Notes: generated by a model not told the origin, from the letters alone. 64,000 nucleotides of DNA from Octopus vulgaris (GCA_951406725.2 OX597836.1:27218001-27282000), one strand, 5' to 3'; positions 26,583-40,338 are shown, counted from the first letter of the stretch. Numbers and translations: made by a program.

Positions 26583-26821
26583 CTCTCAGAAGTGAAGTTG
26601 GTGGCCGTACAAACCACGTTGTCTTTGTTCTGAACTAAAACTGGAATCTTCCGGCAACCAGAGGACTTGAGCATGCGCTGTAACAGTTTCATGGTGTCCT
26701 GCATCACGTTGGGTGGGCACATATCAATCTTGGTCACAACGACGAACACTGGGACATTGAGGGCCAGTGCTAGTCGGAGATGTTCCTTGGTCATTCCTAC
26801 CACCCCGGCGTTGGCACCAAT
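26583..26821 (-). CDS. GTPBP1: GTPBP1 coding exon 6 ([15 protein letters not shown]...TKIDMCP...NFTSER)
   Basis: G4 motif TKID. Acceptor ttgcag, donor AG|GTAAAT, 239 nt. Confidence 0.97.
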
Positions 26822-27938
26822 CTGCAAGGACAACAGCAACAATCAGTTTATTACATTGACAGCACAAGATGCTTCTTTACATATCACACACATGTTTCTA
26901 GAAACTTCCACATGTATAAATATACACACAGATAATATATACACAAATAAATATTCACACAAATAATATATACACACAGATAAAATATACATAGATAAAC
27001 ATACACACAGATAATATATACACAATATACACACAGAAAGGCAATATACACTCGGGCTCATATATAAACTCATACATACACATACAATATCATCATTTAG
27101 CGTCCGCTTTCCATGCTAGCATGGGTTGGATGGTTCAACTGGGGTCTGGGAGGCCAGAAGGCTGCACCAGATCCAGTCTGATCTGGCAATGTTTCTACGG
27201 CTGGATGCCCTTACTAACACCAACCACTCTGTGAGTGTAGCGGGTGCTTTTTACGTGCCACCATCACAGGTGCCGGACAGGGCTGGCAATGGCCACGATT
27301 GGATGGTGCTTTTTATGTGCCAATATATATATATATATATAAGACCTTTGGGAATATGCAGTGAATGAGAAAACCCGGCAAGTAAAGTGAGGTCGCAGCC
27401 ATGGCTGATACCAGTGTTACATAACTGGTCCATTTAAAAGTACCCTTGAAGAGGCGGGCGATATGATGTGCTTGAGAAGACCTGTTGAGTCAAGTGAAAT
27501 CGAAATCATAGTTGTAGCCAGTGCCACCTGATTGGCACTCATGCTGGTGGTACACAAGCACCATTTGGGCGTGGGTCGATGCTAGTGTCGTCTGACTGGA
27601 TCCGCATGCTGGTGGCATGTAAAACACAGCATGCGAACGTGGTCGATCCCAGTGCCCTATGACTGGCTCCCGTGCCAACGGCACATAAAAAGCACCATCT
27701 GAACGTGGCTGATGCCAGTGCCACCTAACTGGCTTCCATGCTGGCGGCACATAAAAAGCTCCCACTACACTCTCAGAGTGGTTGGCATTAGGAAGAGCAT
27801 CCAACTGTAGGAACCTTGCCAGACCAGATTAGAGCCTGGTGCAGCCTTCTGGCTTGCCAGACCCCAGTCAAACCATCCAATCCATGCCAACATGGAAAGC
27901 GGATGTTAAATGATGTTGATGATGATGATAATATATAC

Positions 27939-27991
<53 letters not shown>

Positions 27992-28060
27992 AAAAAAATT
28001 TTTTTAAAAATTTTATTTAGTTTCAGCTCACGAGCTGTGGCCATGCTGGGGCACCGCCAC

Positions 28061-28097
<37 letters not shown>

Positions 28098-28609
28098 TAT
28101 ATATATCTACTTCATCAGCTGCAGGGTTTTATCTTCTGAGTTACATGGCAAACTTACTGGTGCCATGCCATGTAAAAGGCACCCCACCACCCACCACCAG
28201 TCGTCTCAGTAAACGATTGACATTAGGAAGGGCATCTGGTCTTAGAAACCATACAAAAGCAGACATAGGGGTCTGGTGCAGTTCTTTTCTCACCAGCTCC
28301 TGTCAAACTGCTCAACCCATGCCAGCATGAGAACCAAACATTAGATGATGATGATATGTATATACACATCTTTGTTCTACATCATTCATTTAGAAATAGA
28401 AGCTAAAGAACAACATTCACCAAAACCCTTGTAATTCAGTCATGGAGATCACATGCAATCCTGATGTGACCATCTTGTACCAAACCAGAGACAGAAGGGC
28501 TCAATCTGAACTAGACAAGGCCATATCTACTCACTCCATGTATTAACTCACTCATGCACACAACATTATTTGGAGAAAAAGCAATTATTTATAAAAACAG
28601 TGGCACCTA

Positions 28610-28783
<174 letters not shown>

Positions 28784-30844
28784 TCAATAATAAAAGCATA
28801 ATAGACCTTTTGAGTGTGATGGGTTACTCAACCTGAAGAAAATTCTAACTGGGCCCCATCAGCACAGGAGCCAGTCAGGTGGTATTGACATTGGTCAAGA
28901 TCGTTTGGTGCCTTTTACATGCCATCGACACAGGAGCCAGTCAGGGGGCACTGGCTCCTAATTTATTAGCCACAAGGGGTTCTTTTACTTCCATCTGAGA
29001 TGTGGGTCATTGTCTCTGCTGGCAGAGAAGGTTTTTGAGTAATTTGGTTAGCTCTTAGCAATGAGGACAGTGAGTTTTTACCCAATGCTTTCAGAGTCAT
29101 GCAAAAGCAACTGTCCAACATAACACCATGACTCACTAACACTTACAATACTGAATGGACTGTCGGTTATCTTTTATCTTGGCTTCAGTCACTAGACTCT
29201 GGCCATTCTGGGGCACCACCTGGAAGGTTTTAGTTGAACAAACTGACCCCAGTATTCATTGATTTTAAAAGCCTGATATTTAGTCAATTGGTCTTTATTC
29301 TGCAGAACCGCTAAGTTATGGGGATGTAAACAAACCGGCACCAGTTGTCAAGTGGTGATGTGAGTCACACACACACACACATACGTATGTTTACAATGGG
29401 TTGAACCAGAGCTATAGCAGAAAGTACTTGGTCAAGGTGCCGCACAGTGGGACTGAACCCAGAAGCATGTGGTTGGGAAACAAAATTCTTACCCTACAGC
29501 CCCAACTGCAAAACAGTTTCATTGCACTGAGTGCATCTTGTACAGGCCCAGCAGACAGAGCTACTGTATCTTAATAATCCTTTCTGTAATAGGCAGAAAA
29601 CTTAAAACTTGGGGAGAGGCGGGGGTGGGATAATCAATGACATCAACCCCAGAACTCAACTGGAGCCTACTTTTATCAACCCCGCCGAAAACAATGAAAG
29701 GCAAAGTTGATTTCAGTGGAATTTAAAACCCAGAACATAATTAATCAGAAGAAATTAAAAAAAGACCCCTTTTAGTCATGAATGACTGAGATTGCGTGTA
29801 GAAAGTTCCCCTCCAAGGTACAAGTCCAGGCAGTATTGTTTATGGAAGACCAGCAGTTACCCCTGCATACAAGCCTCCCCTTTCCATGCCACCAATGTTA
29901 TCCAAAGGAAAGGTAAAGGGGCCGATACAGCTTGGCACCAATGATGTCGCAACGTATTTCTACAGCTGAGTTAACTGGAGCAACATGAATTAAAGTGTCT
30001 TGCTCAAGAACACAACACACATCCCAGTCCGGGAATCAAACTCACTACCTCATGATTGCAAGGCCGGTGCTCTAACCACTGAGCCATTTGCCTTCAATCA
30101 GAAGAAATTCCACTAGACATTTTTCCCAACCTCCTAATGAAGCTTCTAGCAACACACCAGCCATATTGTATCTGTGTCTGAATAATAATTTCAGAAGATC
30201 ACAAATTGCAGAGGATCATCTGGTAATTTAAATCATACTTGACTCATCATCATCATCATCATCATCATCGTTTAATGTCCGCTTTCCATGCTAGCATGGG
30301 TTGGACGGTTCAACTGGGGTCTGGCAAGCCCGAAGGCTGCACCAGGCCAGTCAAATCTGGCAGTGTTTCTACAGCTGGATGCCCTTCCTAACGCCAACCA
30401 CTCCGAGAGTGTAGTGGGTGATTTTATGTGCTACTGACACAGGTGCCAGACGAGGCTGGCAGATGGCCACGCTCGGATGGTGTTTTTTATGTGCCACCGA
30501 CACAGGTGCCAGACGAGGCTGGCAGACGGCCACGCTCGGATGGTGTTTTTTATGTGCCACCGACACAGGTGCCAGACGAGGCTGGCAGACGGCCACGCTC
30601 GGATGGTGTTTTCTTATGTGTCACCCGTAGTTTTAATTAACTGACCCCTGGAAGGTTGAAAGATAAAAGTCAACCTTGGCAGGATTTGAACTCAGAACAT
30701 AACCAAATACCACAAAGGCATTTTGCCTGTTGCTCTAATGGTTCTGTCATTCTACTCCCACCACTCCTCAACAGTAACAACAACAACAACAGCAACCCAC
30801 ATAGCAAGTAAAAGGATAGCAAATATCCCTGGGAGGCATCTTAC

Positions 30845-31091
30845 CTTTGAGGACTGTTCACAGATCTTTATCCAATCGAGGTTCCCATGTTCGGGTTTAT
30901 TGACAACGTTGCCGGCAACATCGAAGCCTAAAATATCGTTCCCAACACTGCTTGTGCGACCAGACACCATTTCGTGTTTGTGTCGGAACAGCTTCTGACG
31001 TGCAATGCCACGCCCGTTGTCAAGTTCTCCATGGGTGAGTACACCTAGTAGGGTGCTCTTGCCTGCATCCACATTACCCACCACGGCAACC
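30845..31091 (-). CDS. GTPBP1: GTPBP1 coding exon 4, P-loop and switch I ([28 protein letters not shown]...QSSK)
   Basis: G1 motif GNVDAGKS. Acceptor aacag, donor AAG|GTAAG, 247 nt. Confidence 0.97.
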
Positions 31092-31689
31092 CTGTTGGGA
31101 AAACAATGAAGAAGTTGGTGAGAAAACGGGGGAAGTAAACACGTTTTATTTTTCAGGGATAAACTTAATACATTTCTTCTTTTCTTTTTTACTTGTGTCA
31201 GTTATTTGGTTGTGGCCATACTGGGGCACCACCTGGAAGGGTATTTTTGTAATCCATGAAAATGACCCTATGACTAATTTGTTTTCTTTTTAGCCTAGTA
31301 TTTATTCTATCAGTCTCTTCTGGTGAACCACTAAGTTACAGGGATGTAAACAAACCAACATGGGTTGTCAAGCGGAGAGGAGGACAAACATAAAGACACA
31401 CACACACATACGATAGGCTACTTTCAGTTTTTATATACTAAATCCACTCACGCAGCTTTTGTCGGCTTGAGGCAATAGCAGAAGACACTGGCCCAAGGTG
31501 CCACACAGTGGGACTGAACCCAGAACCATGTGGTTGAGAAGCAAGCAGCATTAATTAACAAGTTAATTAAACATATGGTGTGGCACATAGACTGACAATC
31601 AGACAGGTAAGTTAAACATATATCAATTATAGACATGATTTTCTGCATTCTTGTTCACGTTGTCAATTATTATTAGATAGATAGATATA

Positions 31690-32140
31690 TATAAGTTATC
31701 TCTATATGAAACCATAACATTATTACACACATGTGAGTGAGAACACTTTGAGATATTTTTGGTATCTAACATATGTCAGATACTGCGAGCGCTGCTTCTG
31801 ATTGGTCAATCCATGGTGATAACCCGAGGTCACGGTGACAGCGCTGCTTCTGATTGGTCAATTCATGGTGATGACCCGAGGTCATGGTGACGGCACTACT
31901 TTTGTCATTCATAAGTTACAACTAAACGTGAAGAATTTAGTTATTGGGTTAATAAAATATGGTTGTTTATTCGTGTGTAATAAATAAAATACCAAACTCA
32001 TTCCCTATGGATACCGTATTTATTACAACTCGTGGCTTGTAAACGTATCTAACTCGCTTTCGCTCATTAGATACGTTTACAAGCCACTCGTTGTAATAAA
32101 TACGGTATCCATAGGGAACTTGTTTGGTATTCTCTCTTTA
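31690..32140. mobile_element. Unclassified element with duplicated CCAAT-box units and a 144-bp hairpin
   Basis: 52-bp direct repeat at 31789-31892 (ctgattggtcaa) and hairpin at 31988-32131. Boundaries are approximate. Confidence 0.55.
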
Positions 32141-33398
32141 TCATGTGAACGTCTTTTCTGAGAAAAAATAGTATTGGCTGGTTACAAGTCTTCACTGAAC
32201 AGTTTTTATTCGAAATCCTTAATTCTCTTCGATGGATTGTCTTCACTAGAACTGGTGAGCAACATCTTCCCATGACTGTATTGGACGGATGTTGACTCTC
32301 CTGGATTTCTGACAGGTCCTGCTTTGACAGGTCCTGCTTTTCATCGAGCAGGCTGTCCAAAATCGCCCTCCTCACTAAGCAAACTGGATGGGGAGGCCAG
32401 TTTAGTTGCTGATGACTCAACTGTGCAACAAATTTATTTCTTTACTACCCACAAGGGGCTAAAAGCAGAGAGGACAAACAAGGACAGACAAACGGATCAA
32501 GTCGATTATATCGCCCCCAGTGCGTAACTGGTACTTATTTAATCGACCCCGAAAGGATGAAAGGCAAAGTCGACCTCGGCGGAATTTGAACTCAGAACGT
32601 AACGGCAGACGAAATACGGCTACGCATTTCGCCCGGCGTGCTAACGTTTCTGCCAGCTCGCCGTGCAACAAATTGTTCTGCTTTAGATGTTACCAGTAGT
32701 GCTTAAGAACGACCTGACATAACACACACACAAAGTATATTCAGCTTGTCATAACATGCATTTGTGTGTTACACCTAGAATACACATAATATTACTCTGT
32801 TACAACATGTGTTTGTATGTCACATCAATAACAACATTAACTATAGAAGGCGCAGGAGTGGCTGTGTGGTAAGTAGCTTGTTTACCAACCACATGGTTCC
32901 GAGTTCAGTCCCACTGCGTGGCATCTTGGGCAAGTGTCTTCTGCTATAGCCCCGGGCCGACCAATGCCTTGTAAGTGGATTTGGTAGATGGAAACTGAAA
33001 GAAGCCTGTCGTATATATGTATATATATATGTATGTATGTGTATATGTTTGTGTGTCTGTGTTTGTCCACCTAGCATTGGTTGACAACCGATGCTGGTGT
33101 GTTTACGTCCCCGTCACTTAGCGGTTCGGCAAAAGAGACCAATAGAATAAGTACTGGGCTTACAAAGAATAAGTCCCGGGGTCGATTTGCTCGACTAAAG
33201 GCGGTGCTCCAGCATGGCTGCAGTCAAATGACTGAAACAAGTAAATGAGTATAGAAGTAAAAGACATAACTAAAATCATAAAAGGTGTAATTGAACCCGC
33301 AACCATGTGGTTGGGAAGCAAACTTCTTACCACACAGCCACACCTATAATAAGCATATAAAAAAACCTAAACATATATATAAATAAAGAAATATCTAC

Positions 33399-33579
33399 CT
33401 TATTTCCATAAAGTCCTGCTGGGCCACTTTCTTTCGTAGAAGGAACTCTGACACTTTCCCCTTTTCTGCCTGCCTCACACGCAGGCAGACACACTCCAAA
33501 CCCAGGGACTGGGCTATACTCTGTAGAGTGGCAACTGATGCTTCGAGATCTTCATCTTTTAATCCTGGTTTATCTCCCT
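33399..33579 (-). CDS. GTPBP1: GTPBP1 coding exon 3 (EGDKPGL...QDFMEIR)
   Basis: Acceptor tttcag, donor AG|GTAGAT, 181 nt, phase 1 to 2, open frame. Resembles GLSEADMEAS.ATVKS.A...DFLEVR. Confidence 0.92.
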
Positions 33580-34742
33580 CTGAAAGATTAGGAACACATT
33601 TGGAAATTCAGCAAGAGAAATCAGAGTTTAGTCAGAGAACAGAACACAGAATGCCAGAGAAGCCCCCTCTATACCTATATCTTTACTGCCCACAAGGGGC
33701 TACACACAGAGAGGACAAACAAGGACAGACAAAGGGATTAAGTTGATTACATCGACCCCAGTGTGTAACTGGTACTTATTTAATCGACCCTGAAAGGATG
33801 AAAGGCAAGGTCGACCTCGCCGGAATTTGAACTCAGAACGTAGCGGCAGACGAAATACGGCTATGCATTACGCCGGCGTGCTAACGATTCTGCCAGCTCA
33901 CCGCCTTAAACCCCCTCTATACCGATCCATCTGAGACCACCTCTGATTCTGTGACATGAAACTGGTTATTTAAAATTGTTTGCATTTAAATCAAAACCTT
34001 CTGTCCTAATTTGTTATATTGTGAATCCCAGCTTAATCCTTTAGAATATAAACCAGTTTATATTCCTAATAGTAACCTCTTTACAGAGTGTACTGGGCGC
34101 TTTTTGCATGGCGCTTGCATGTGTGAGGTCACTGAGAAACTCATAAGACCTGGTCCTTTAACTAAGTGTGGTAGGATGTAATATTGAGGAAAATGGGTTT
34201 GTGCCAAGCGTAATATAGAGGGATAGGAATAGGTCTCTTGCTGAAGAGGAGATACATGGTTACCCGAGTAGGAAACAGAGAAAGGATGGTGAAAGTGAGG
34301 TGTCTGGACTTATCCTCAGGGTACATGAAGGTGGGTAGAGAGAGAGAATAGAGACATCATCATCATCATCGTTTAGCGTCCGCTTTCCATGCTGGCATGG
34401 GTTGGACGGTGCAACTGGGGTCTGGGAAGCCAGTAGGCTGCACCAGGCTCTCATCTGATCTAGCAATGTTTCTATGGCTGGATGCCCTTCCTAACGCCAA
34501 CCACTGCATGAGTGTAGTGGGAGCTTTTTACGTGCCAGACGAGGCTGGCAAACAGCCACGATCGGATGGTGCTTTTTACATGCCACCTGCACGGAGGCCA
34601 GGCGAGGCTGGCAACGGCCACGATCGGATGGTGCTTTTTACGTGCCACCGGCACGGAAGCCAGTCGGACAGTAAATGAAAAATGGCTGAGTGGATAGGTA
34701 GGTCTGTAAGAGTGTGAAAGGAGAGATAGCTGTTAGAAAATC

Positions 34743-34945
<203 letters not shown>

Positions 34946-35652
34946 AATCCATGCAGTTATGTGTTAATCCTTTTTATGATCAACAACTAATGACAAATTT
35001 CTATAATGTAAAATTGATTACTATTTTGGCCCACTTTAACACCACCTCCCGGCTCGTGGGTGTCTTTGGCAGAATTCACTCTGTTGCAAGCATTTAAACC
35101 AGGCTCCCAACAGGGGTCATTGTAGTGGTGTGTCAAGATCCTTTCATAATTCCTTACGTGGCAAAAGAATGAAAGTAAACTTGCTACAGAAATGTTTCCT
35201 CCACTTTTCTAACATTCACAGATTCCAATCCAATAAATGTCCAACCACAAGGACTGCACGTCCTATTCCTGTCCTGACAATTTATGGAAGCATGCCAATA
35301 TCAGAAGGTCATCATCCAGTCGGGCATCTTGCCGAAACCATAGCAACCCTTCCACACCAAATGTCCCGATCGAATGATGAGGCATAAACGTCTGCCTTGG
35401 CTTTTAGTCACATTGGTCTTTCATTAGCTGAAGCACCTCATCTGTGTACACCATGACAACAGATGGCAGCAGCAGTTTCCTTATCGAACTGAATGATCCT
35501 GGCCATTGACAGTTTGTTTGTTCATCTGCTCAGCACCGAGTGATATTTGCTGTTGATTCAATAAGATTCATTTGCCAAAAGATTTCACATCCACCACGCT
35601 TCATTCCACGATTTCAACATAATTCTGGCTCAGGTGATTACATGCAATTTAA

Positions 35653-35872
35653 CCCTTTCGTTACTGCATCGATTTTGAGATGCTCTGTGTGTCTTTCAAT
35701 TATTTAAAATATAACAAAGAATTTAGTAAAATAACTTGGTTATCATTCAGCTAGTGTTAGGAACATAAATTGTGACTAAGGTTTGGTGGAAGATTCTAAT
35801 TCAGAACTTATGAAAACAAGACATTTGTACTGAGAGCCACAGCCGGTTTCAGCCGGGTTGGTATCAAAAGGG
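35653..35872. mobile_element. piggyBac-type MITE family A
   Basis: TTAA on both sides (35649-52 and 35873-76), with CCCTTT...AAAGGG ends. An empty-site paralog lies at ~37610-37765. Confidence 0.9.
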
Positions 35873-36056
35873 TTAACCCATGACTAGGACCCTGACGGGT
35901 GCTATTACTCCAGGCCAGAATAGACCTGGGAACAACAGTGGCTAAGGGGTTGTTTTGTTTCATATTCCTCAAGACCCTGGAACTCCCAAACCGGAATCCC
36001 ACTCCCAGATGCAGCTTAAAGTCACAGCCAAGACAAGAACATCCAAAGATACTTAC

Positions 36057-36165
36057 CACCAATGCCTATAACGTAGATGTTCTCCCCTTGTCCCTCTTCA
36101 ACCCGGGCCTTGATTATCTCAGCAAGGGAATCATACTCTTCACTGGTTGGACTCACAAGAGCCAT
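36057..36165 (-). CDS. GTPBP1: GTPBP1 coding exon 2 ([14 protein letters not shown]...[10 protein letters not shown])
   Basis: Acceptor ttag|ATG, donor G|GTAAGT, 109 nt. Matches the GTPBP1 LVSPTSEQYDSL...GETIYVIG segment. Not in the ORF track; translated by hand. Confidence 0.92.
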
Positions 36166-36330
36166 CTAATGGAAAGAGACAGATAACAAGAGAGGCAATC
36201 ATTGAGAGGAACAGAAATTTACATGTATACATTGTTACCATGACAACAACTTGTAACACATCATGTGGCTGTGGTAATTCAGCTTAACTTAGATGGTTCA
36301 GAGGAGAATAATGTGAAGTGGATATTTATT

Positions 36331-37000
36331 AGAAAATTACTATTTTTAAATCTCACAAAGAGAGATATTCAGCAACAGTACACGTGACCGATACCGCTGC
36401 TGACGACTGAGAACTCGTTAGCCGTTGACCACCGCCGCCTTGTGCCTGACACACGGAAACACACACTCGTGCTCGATATTGCCGCCGTAGCTTGGTTTAG
36501 GACGAATGTTGCAGTAATTTAGCCCCAGGAGACATCATCTCCAGCTGGCTATACGACATGATCTGTGTCCTTATATTTTTGAATAAGGGAATCTAGCACC
36601 CCCACTCAGCTCAAAACAATATCTGTGTATTGCGATTTTTGGGTTAATTCTCTTCATCAGCACAGAATAATTATTTGGCTAGAGGTGGCGCTGCCAAATT
36701 CCCATCTGAAATATATAGTTTTCAAAGTGACAACCAGTCACTGATCTATGAATTAGAAAATTACTATTTTTAAATCTCACAACGTGAGATATTCTGTGCT
36801 GATGAAGAGAAATAACCTGGAAATCGCGATACACAGCTATTGTTTTGAGCTGAGTGGGGGTGCTAGGTTCCCTTGTTCGAAAATATAAGGACACAGATCG
36901 TGTTGTATAGCCAGCTGGAGACGATGTCTCCTGGGGCTAAATTACAGCGACATTCGTCCTAAACCAGGACTGCCACGTTATGTTGGCAAATAATCTTTAC
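36331..37000. mobile_element. Non-autonomous foldback element with hammerhead-like motifs, copy 2
   Basis: 12-bp TSD tggatatttatt (36319-36330 and 37001-37012). ~180-bp inverted arms at 36491-36669 and 36790-36968. Confidence 0.85.
36794..36836 (+). ncRNA. Minimal hammerhead-like motif (C3-G8)
   Basis: ctgtg-CTGATGA-agagaaataacctg-GAAA-TCGCGA-TA-cacag, with palindromic ATCGCGAT stem III and a weak stem II. Confidence 0.55.
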
Positions 37001-39955
37001 TGGATATTTATTGTCACAAATCTGGAACTAAGGACAAGAGGTTAGATTAGAATGTTGCAAGAAAGAATCACAAGATGAATTCTTCAAGCTGAGCCAACCA
37101 GTAGGAGACTTGGGGTAGACCAAGAACAAGATGGTTGCTTCTGATAGAACCCTATGGAGGAGGGGCCTGTAGATTCTATCCCATGACCCTGCCAAGAATA
37201 GTGAGTAAAAAAGATGAGGGAATGGATTCCATGTCCCTAGTCTATCAAGGTCTCGTGCAGAATTTGAAAACAGTACAAAAGACTAATAAAACATCTATCA
37301 TTTCCACAGTGTTCCTACTGCTTACACATGAAAAACATTTACAGCCTGATATTTCAGTGACTGACTTAATTATGGTCACAGAGCAGTGCTGGCAACAGAA
37401 TATGAATGCCCACTTTTATGATGCAGGGGCTGGTCCTTCTATTAACTCACAAAATATCTCAAGGGAACATTCATTACTTAATGTTCCTTTTTCCATGCTG
37501 GTATGGGTTGCATGTTTCAGCAAGAACCGTTGACCCAGAGGACTGTGCCAAGCTCCTGTGTTTGCTCTTTCATGGTTTCTACAGCTGGATACCTTCCCTT
37601 TTCAGCATAATTCTGGCTTAGGTGGTTACATGCAATTTAATCCATGGCTAGGACCCTGACAGGTGCTATAACCCCAGGCCAAAATATACCTGGGAACAAC
37701 AGTGGCTAAGGGGTTGTTTTGTTCCATAGTCCTCAAGACCCTGGAACTCCCAAACTGGAGTCCCATTTCTCTGGATGTTTGTTTCATGGCATCAGCACTG
37801 GTGAGGTACCAAGTACTCACAAGACAGAACCCCACCACCACCACCACCACCACCACCACCACTTCAGCTGAGTGGGGCAAGAGTATTGAGGAGTGTGAAA
37901 GTATGTCAGAAGGACAAGAGCAGGTCCTTTACTGAAGAGATGGATACATGGCCTCCTTAAGTACTAAATACACGCACAATAGGGTCTTCACATAATGTAA
38001 TACAATGAGGTAAAAACTTCAATCGAGATTATCCAAGTGATAACTAGGTAAAAACTCCCTCTATGGGTGTTTGAGATCTAAACACAACAAGCAACCGCCT
38101 TTAAGATCAGCTGACTGAAATTATTAGGCAGTACAGTCCCTGGAGCCGATAAGGTTGCTAACGAGAGCCACATCTCCTTTACACCAACTGTTGCAGTTAC
38201 TATGGTCACCAATGGCAGTAACATCTGAGTCAAAGTTGGTAGGTCACAGCAGAGTCAAGAATCAGCTATCAGTCCCAGTGACAAGCCCAACAACAAGAAC
38301 CACTGCAGAAATGATAACCCACTTTTAGTACTGCTCCACTATAGCAGTCAGCCAATAGATCTGGCACTGCTTGTATGATGGCCTTTCAAGCCAGACTGAC
38401 TACTCATCCATTGGAAGTAAATATTGATGGATGGGTAGTAGTGACAGTATGACAGAATTCCAGAATAGTGGAACAGTGGAACATCAGAATGTTAGAATAA
38501 GACATAAATGTGTGAAATATTCTTTTGTTCTTTTACTTGTTTCAGTCATTTGACTGTGGCCATGATGGAGCACTGCCATTAAACAAATCGATCCCAGGAC
38601 TTATTCTTTGTAGGCCACTGTTGCCAAACCGCTAAGTTATTGGGATGCAAACATATCAACATTAAGTGTCAGTTGATGGTAGGCAGACAAACAGAGAGAG
38701 ACACACACATCTCTCTCTCTCTCTGTCAGTTAGTGGAGACATGTGGCTTATATATATCTATATATATATATATACATACACACACACACACACAGGATGG
38801 GCTTCTTTCGGTTTCCGTTTACTGATTCCACTCCCAAGTCTTTGGTCAGCCTGAAGCTATAGTAGAAGACGCTTGCCGAAAGGTGCCACACAGCGGGATT
38901 GAACCCGGAACCATGTGGTTGGGAAGCAAGCTTCTTACCACACAGCTATGCCTGTTGTTTTGTAAGATTTAAAACACTTCATGTCTTCTTTAGAAAGAAA
39001 ACATTAAAAAAAAAAAAATTCTTTACATCTACACTATGTTTCCATCAGTTTGATCTCTGACTGTCATCAGGTGTTGTATTCCTCCACACACACACACACA
39101 TAAATACATTTATAGGCACCGATATATCCAAACTTAAACTCACACCAACCAGGCCATTTCACATGTATTTGTGGCCCAGTGCAGAAGGGCTTCATTACTC
39201 ATGCCTTGCTCCCTGTCAGTTAATGGAAGCACGTGGCTTAGTGGTTAGAGTGGTGGACCCTTAATCGTAAGAGTGTGGTTTTGATTCCTGAACTGGGCAA
39301 CACATTGTGTTCTTGAACAAGACACTTCATTTCACATTGCTCCGGTCCACTCAGCTGGCAAAGATGATTAATCCTGCGACAGACTGGTGTCCCGTCCAGG
39401 TGGAGAATCTATACACCATGGAAACCCAGAAACTGGCCCTTAAGGGTCAGTATGGCTCGAGAAAGAAGCTTTGCTTTTACTTTACCAGTCAGTTACAACA
39501 ATGAGGGTCCCAGCTGATCTGATCAACAGAACAGCCTGCTTGTGAAATTAACATGCAAGCGGCTGAGCACTCCACAGACACACATACCCTTAACATAGTT
39601 CTCAGGGAGATTCAGTGTGACACAGAACGTGATAACGTTGGCCCCTTTGAATTACGGGTACTACTCATTTTTACCAGCTTAGTGAATTGGAGCAACATAA
39701 AATAAAGTGTCTTGCTCAAGGAGACAACACTCTGAATTCATAGCGTTACGATAGTGAACCGAATGCCCTGGTCACTAAGCTACATACCTTGTCATAGTTT
39801 TCAAAATAAAGGCCCCTAATATAAAACCCAGTCCAGTATTATGTACGTCCTCAGGAATAAGATCCCTGATAACAATTGGAGATTAAACCAGACAGAAACA
39901 TAGTGAAGATGTAAAACATGTCAAACTATTTCATATCTAAAGATGAAGTTAATAG

Positions 39956-40245
39956 GAATATCAGAATGCTAGAATATTGGAATGCTAGAATGTCAGAATG
40001 ATGGAATGTCAGAAAGATGGAATATCAGAATGATGGAATGTCAGAATGATGGAATATCAGAAAGATTGCTGGAATGTCTGAAAGATGGAATATCAGAATG
40101 ATGGAATAACAAAATGCTGGAATGTCAAGAAGATGGAATGTCAAAAAGATGGAATATCAGAATGATGGAATGTCAGAATGATGGGATATCAGGAAGATGG
40201 AATGTCAGAATGATGGAATAACAAAATGCTGGAATGTCAGAATGA
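39956..40245. repeat. ~16-bp minisatellite (GGAATGTCAGAATGAT)n
   Basis: Visible directly, ~90 bp from the exon 1 donor. Confidence 0.9.
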
Positions 40246-40338
40246 TAGAACATGAGGAGATATAGAAACAAAGAATAGGGAAATGAGAAAAGGAAACAAG
40301 CAAAGCAGAGAAAAAAAAAAAGGGGTGAAATTCTTTAC

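Noticed and set aside
35130-35620. Possible transposase remnant (WFRQD on the minus strand)
   Set aside because: A single weak motif with no supporting context.
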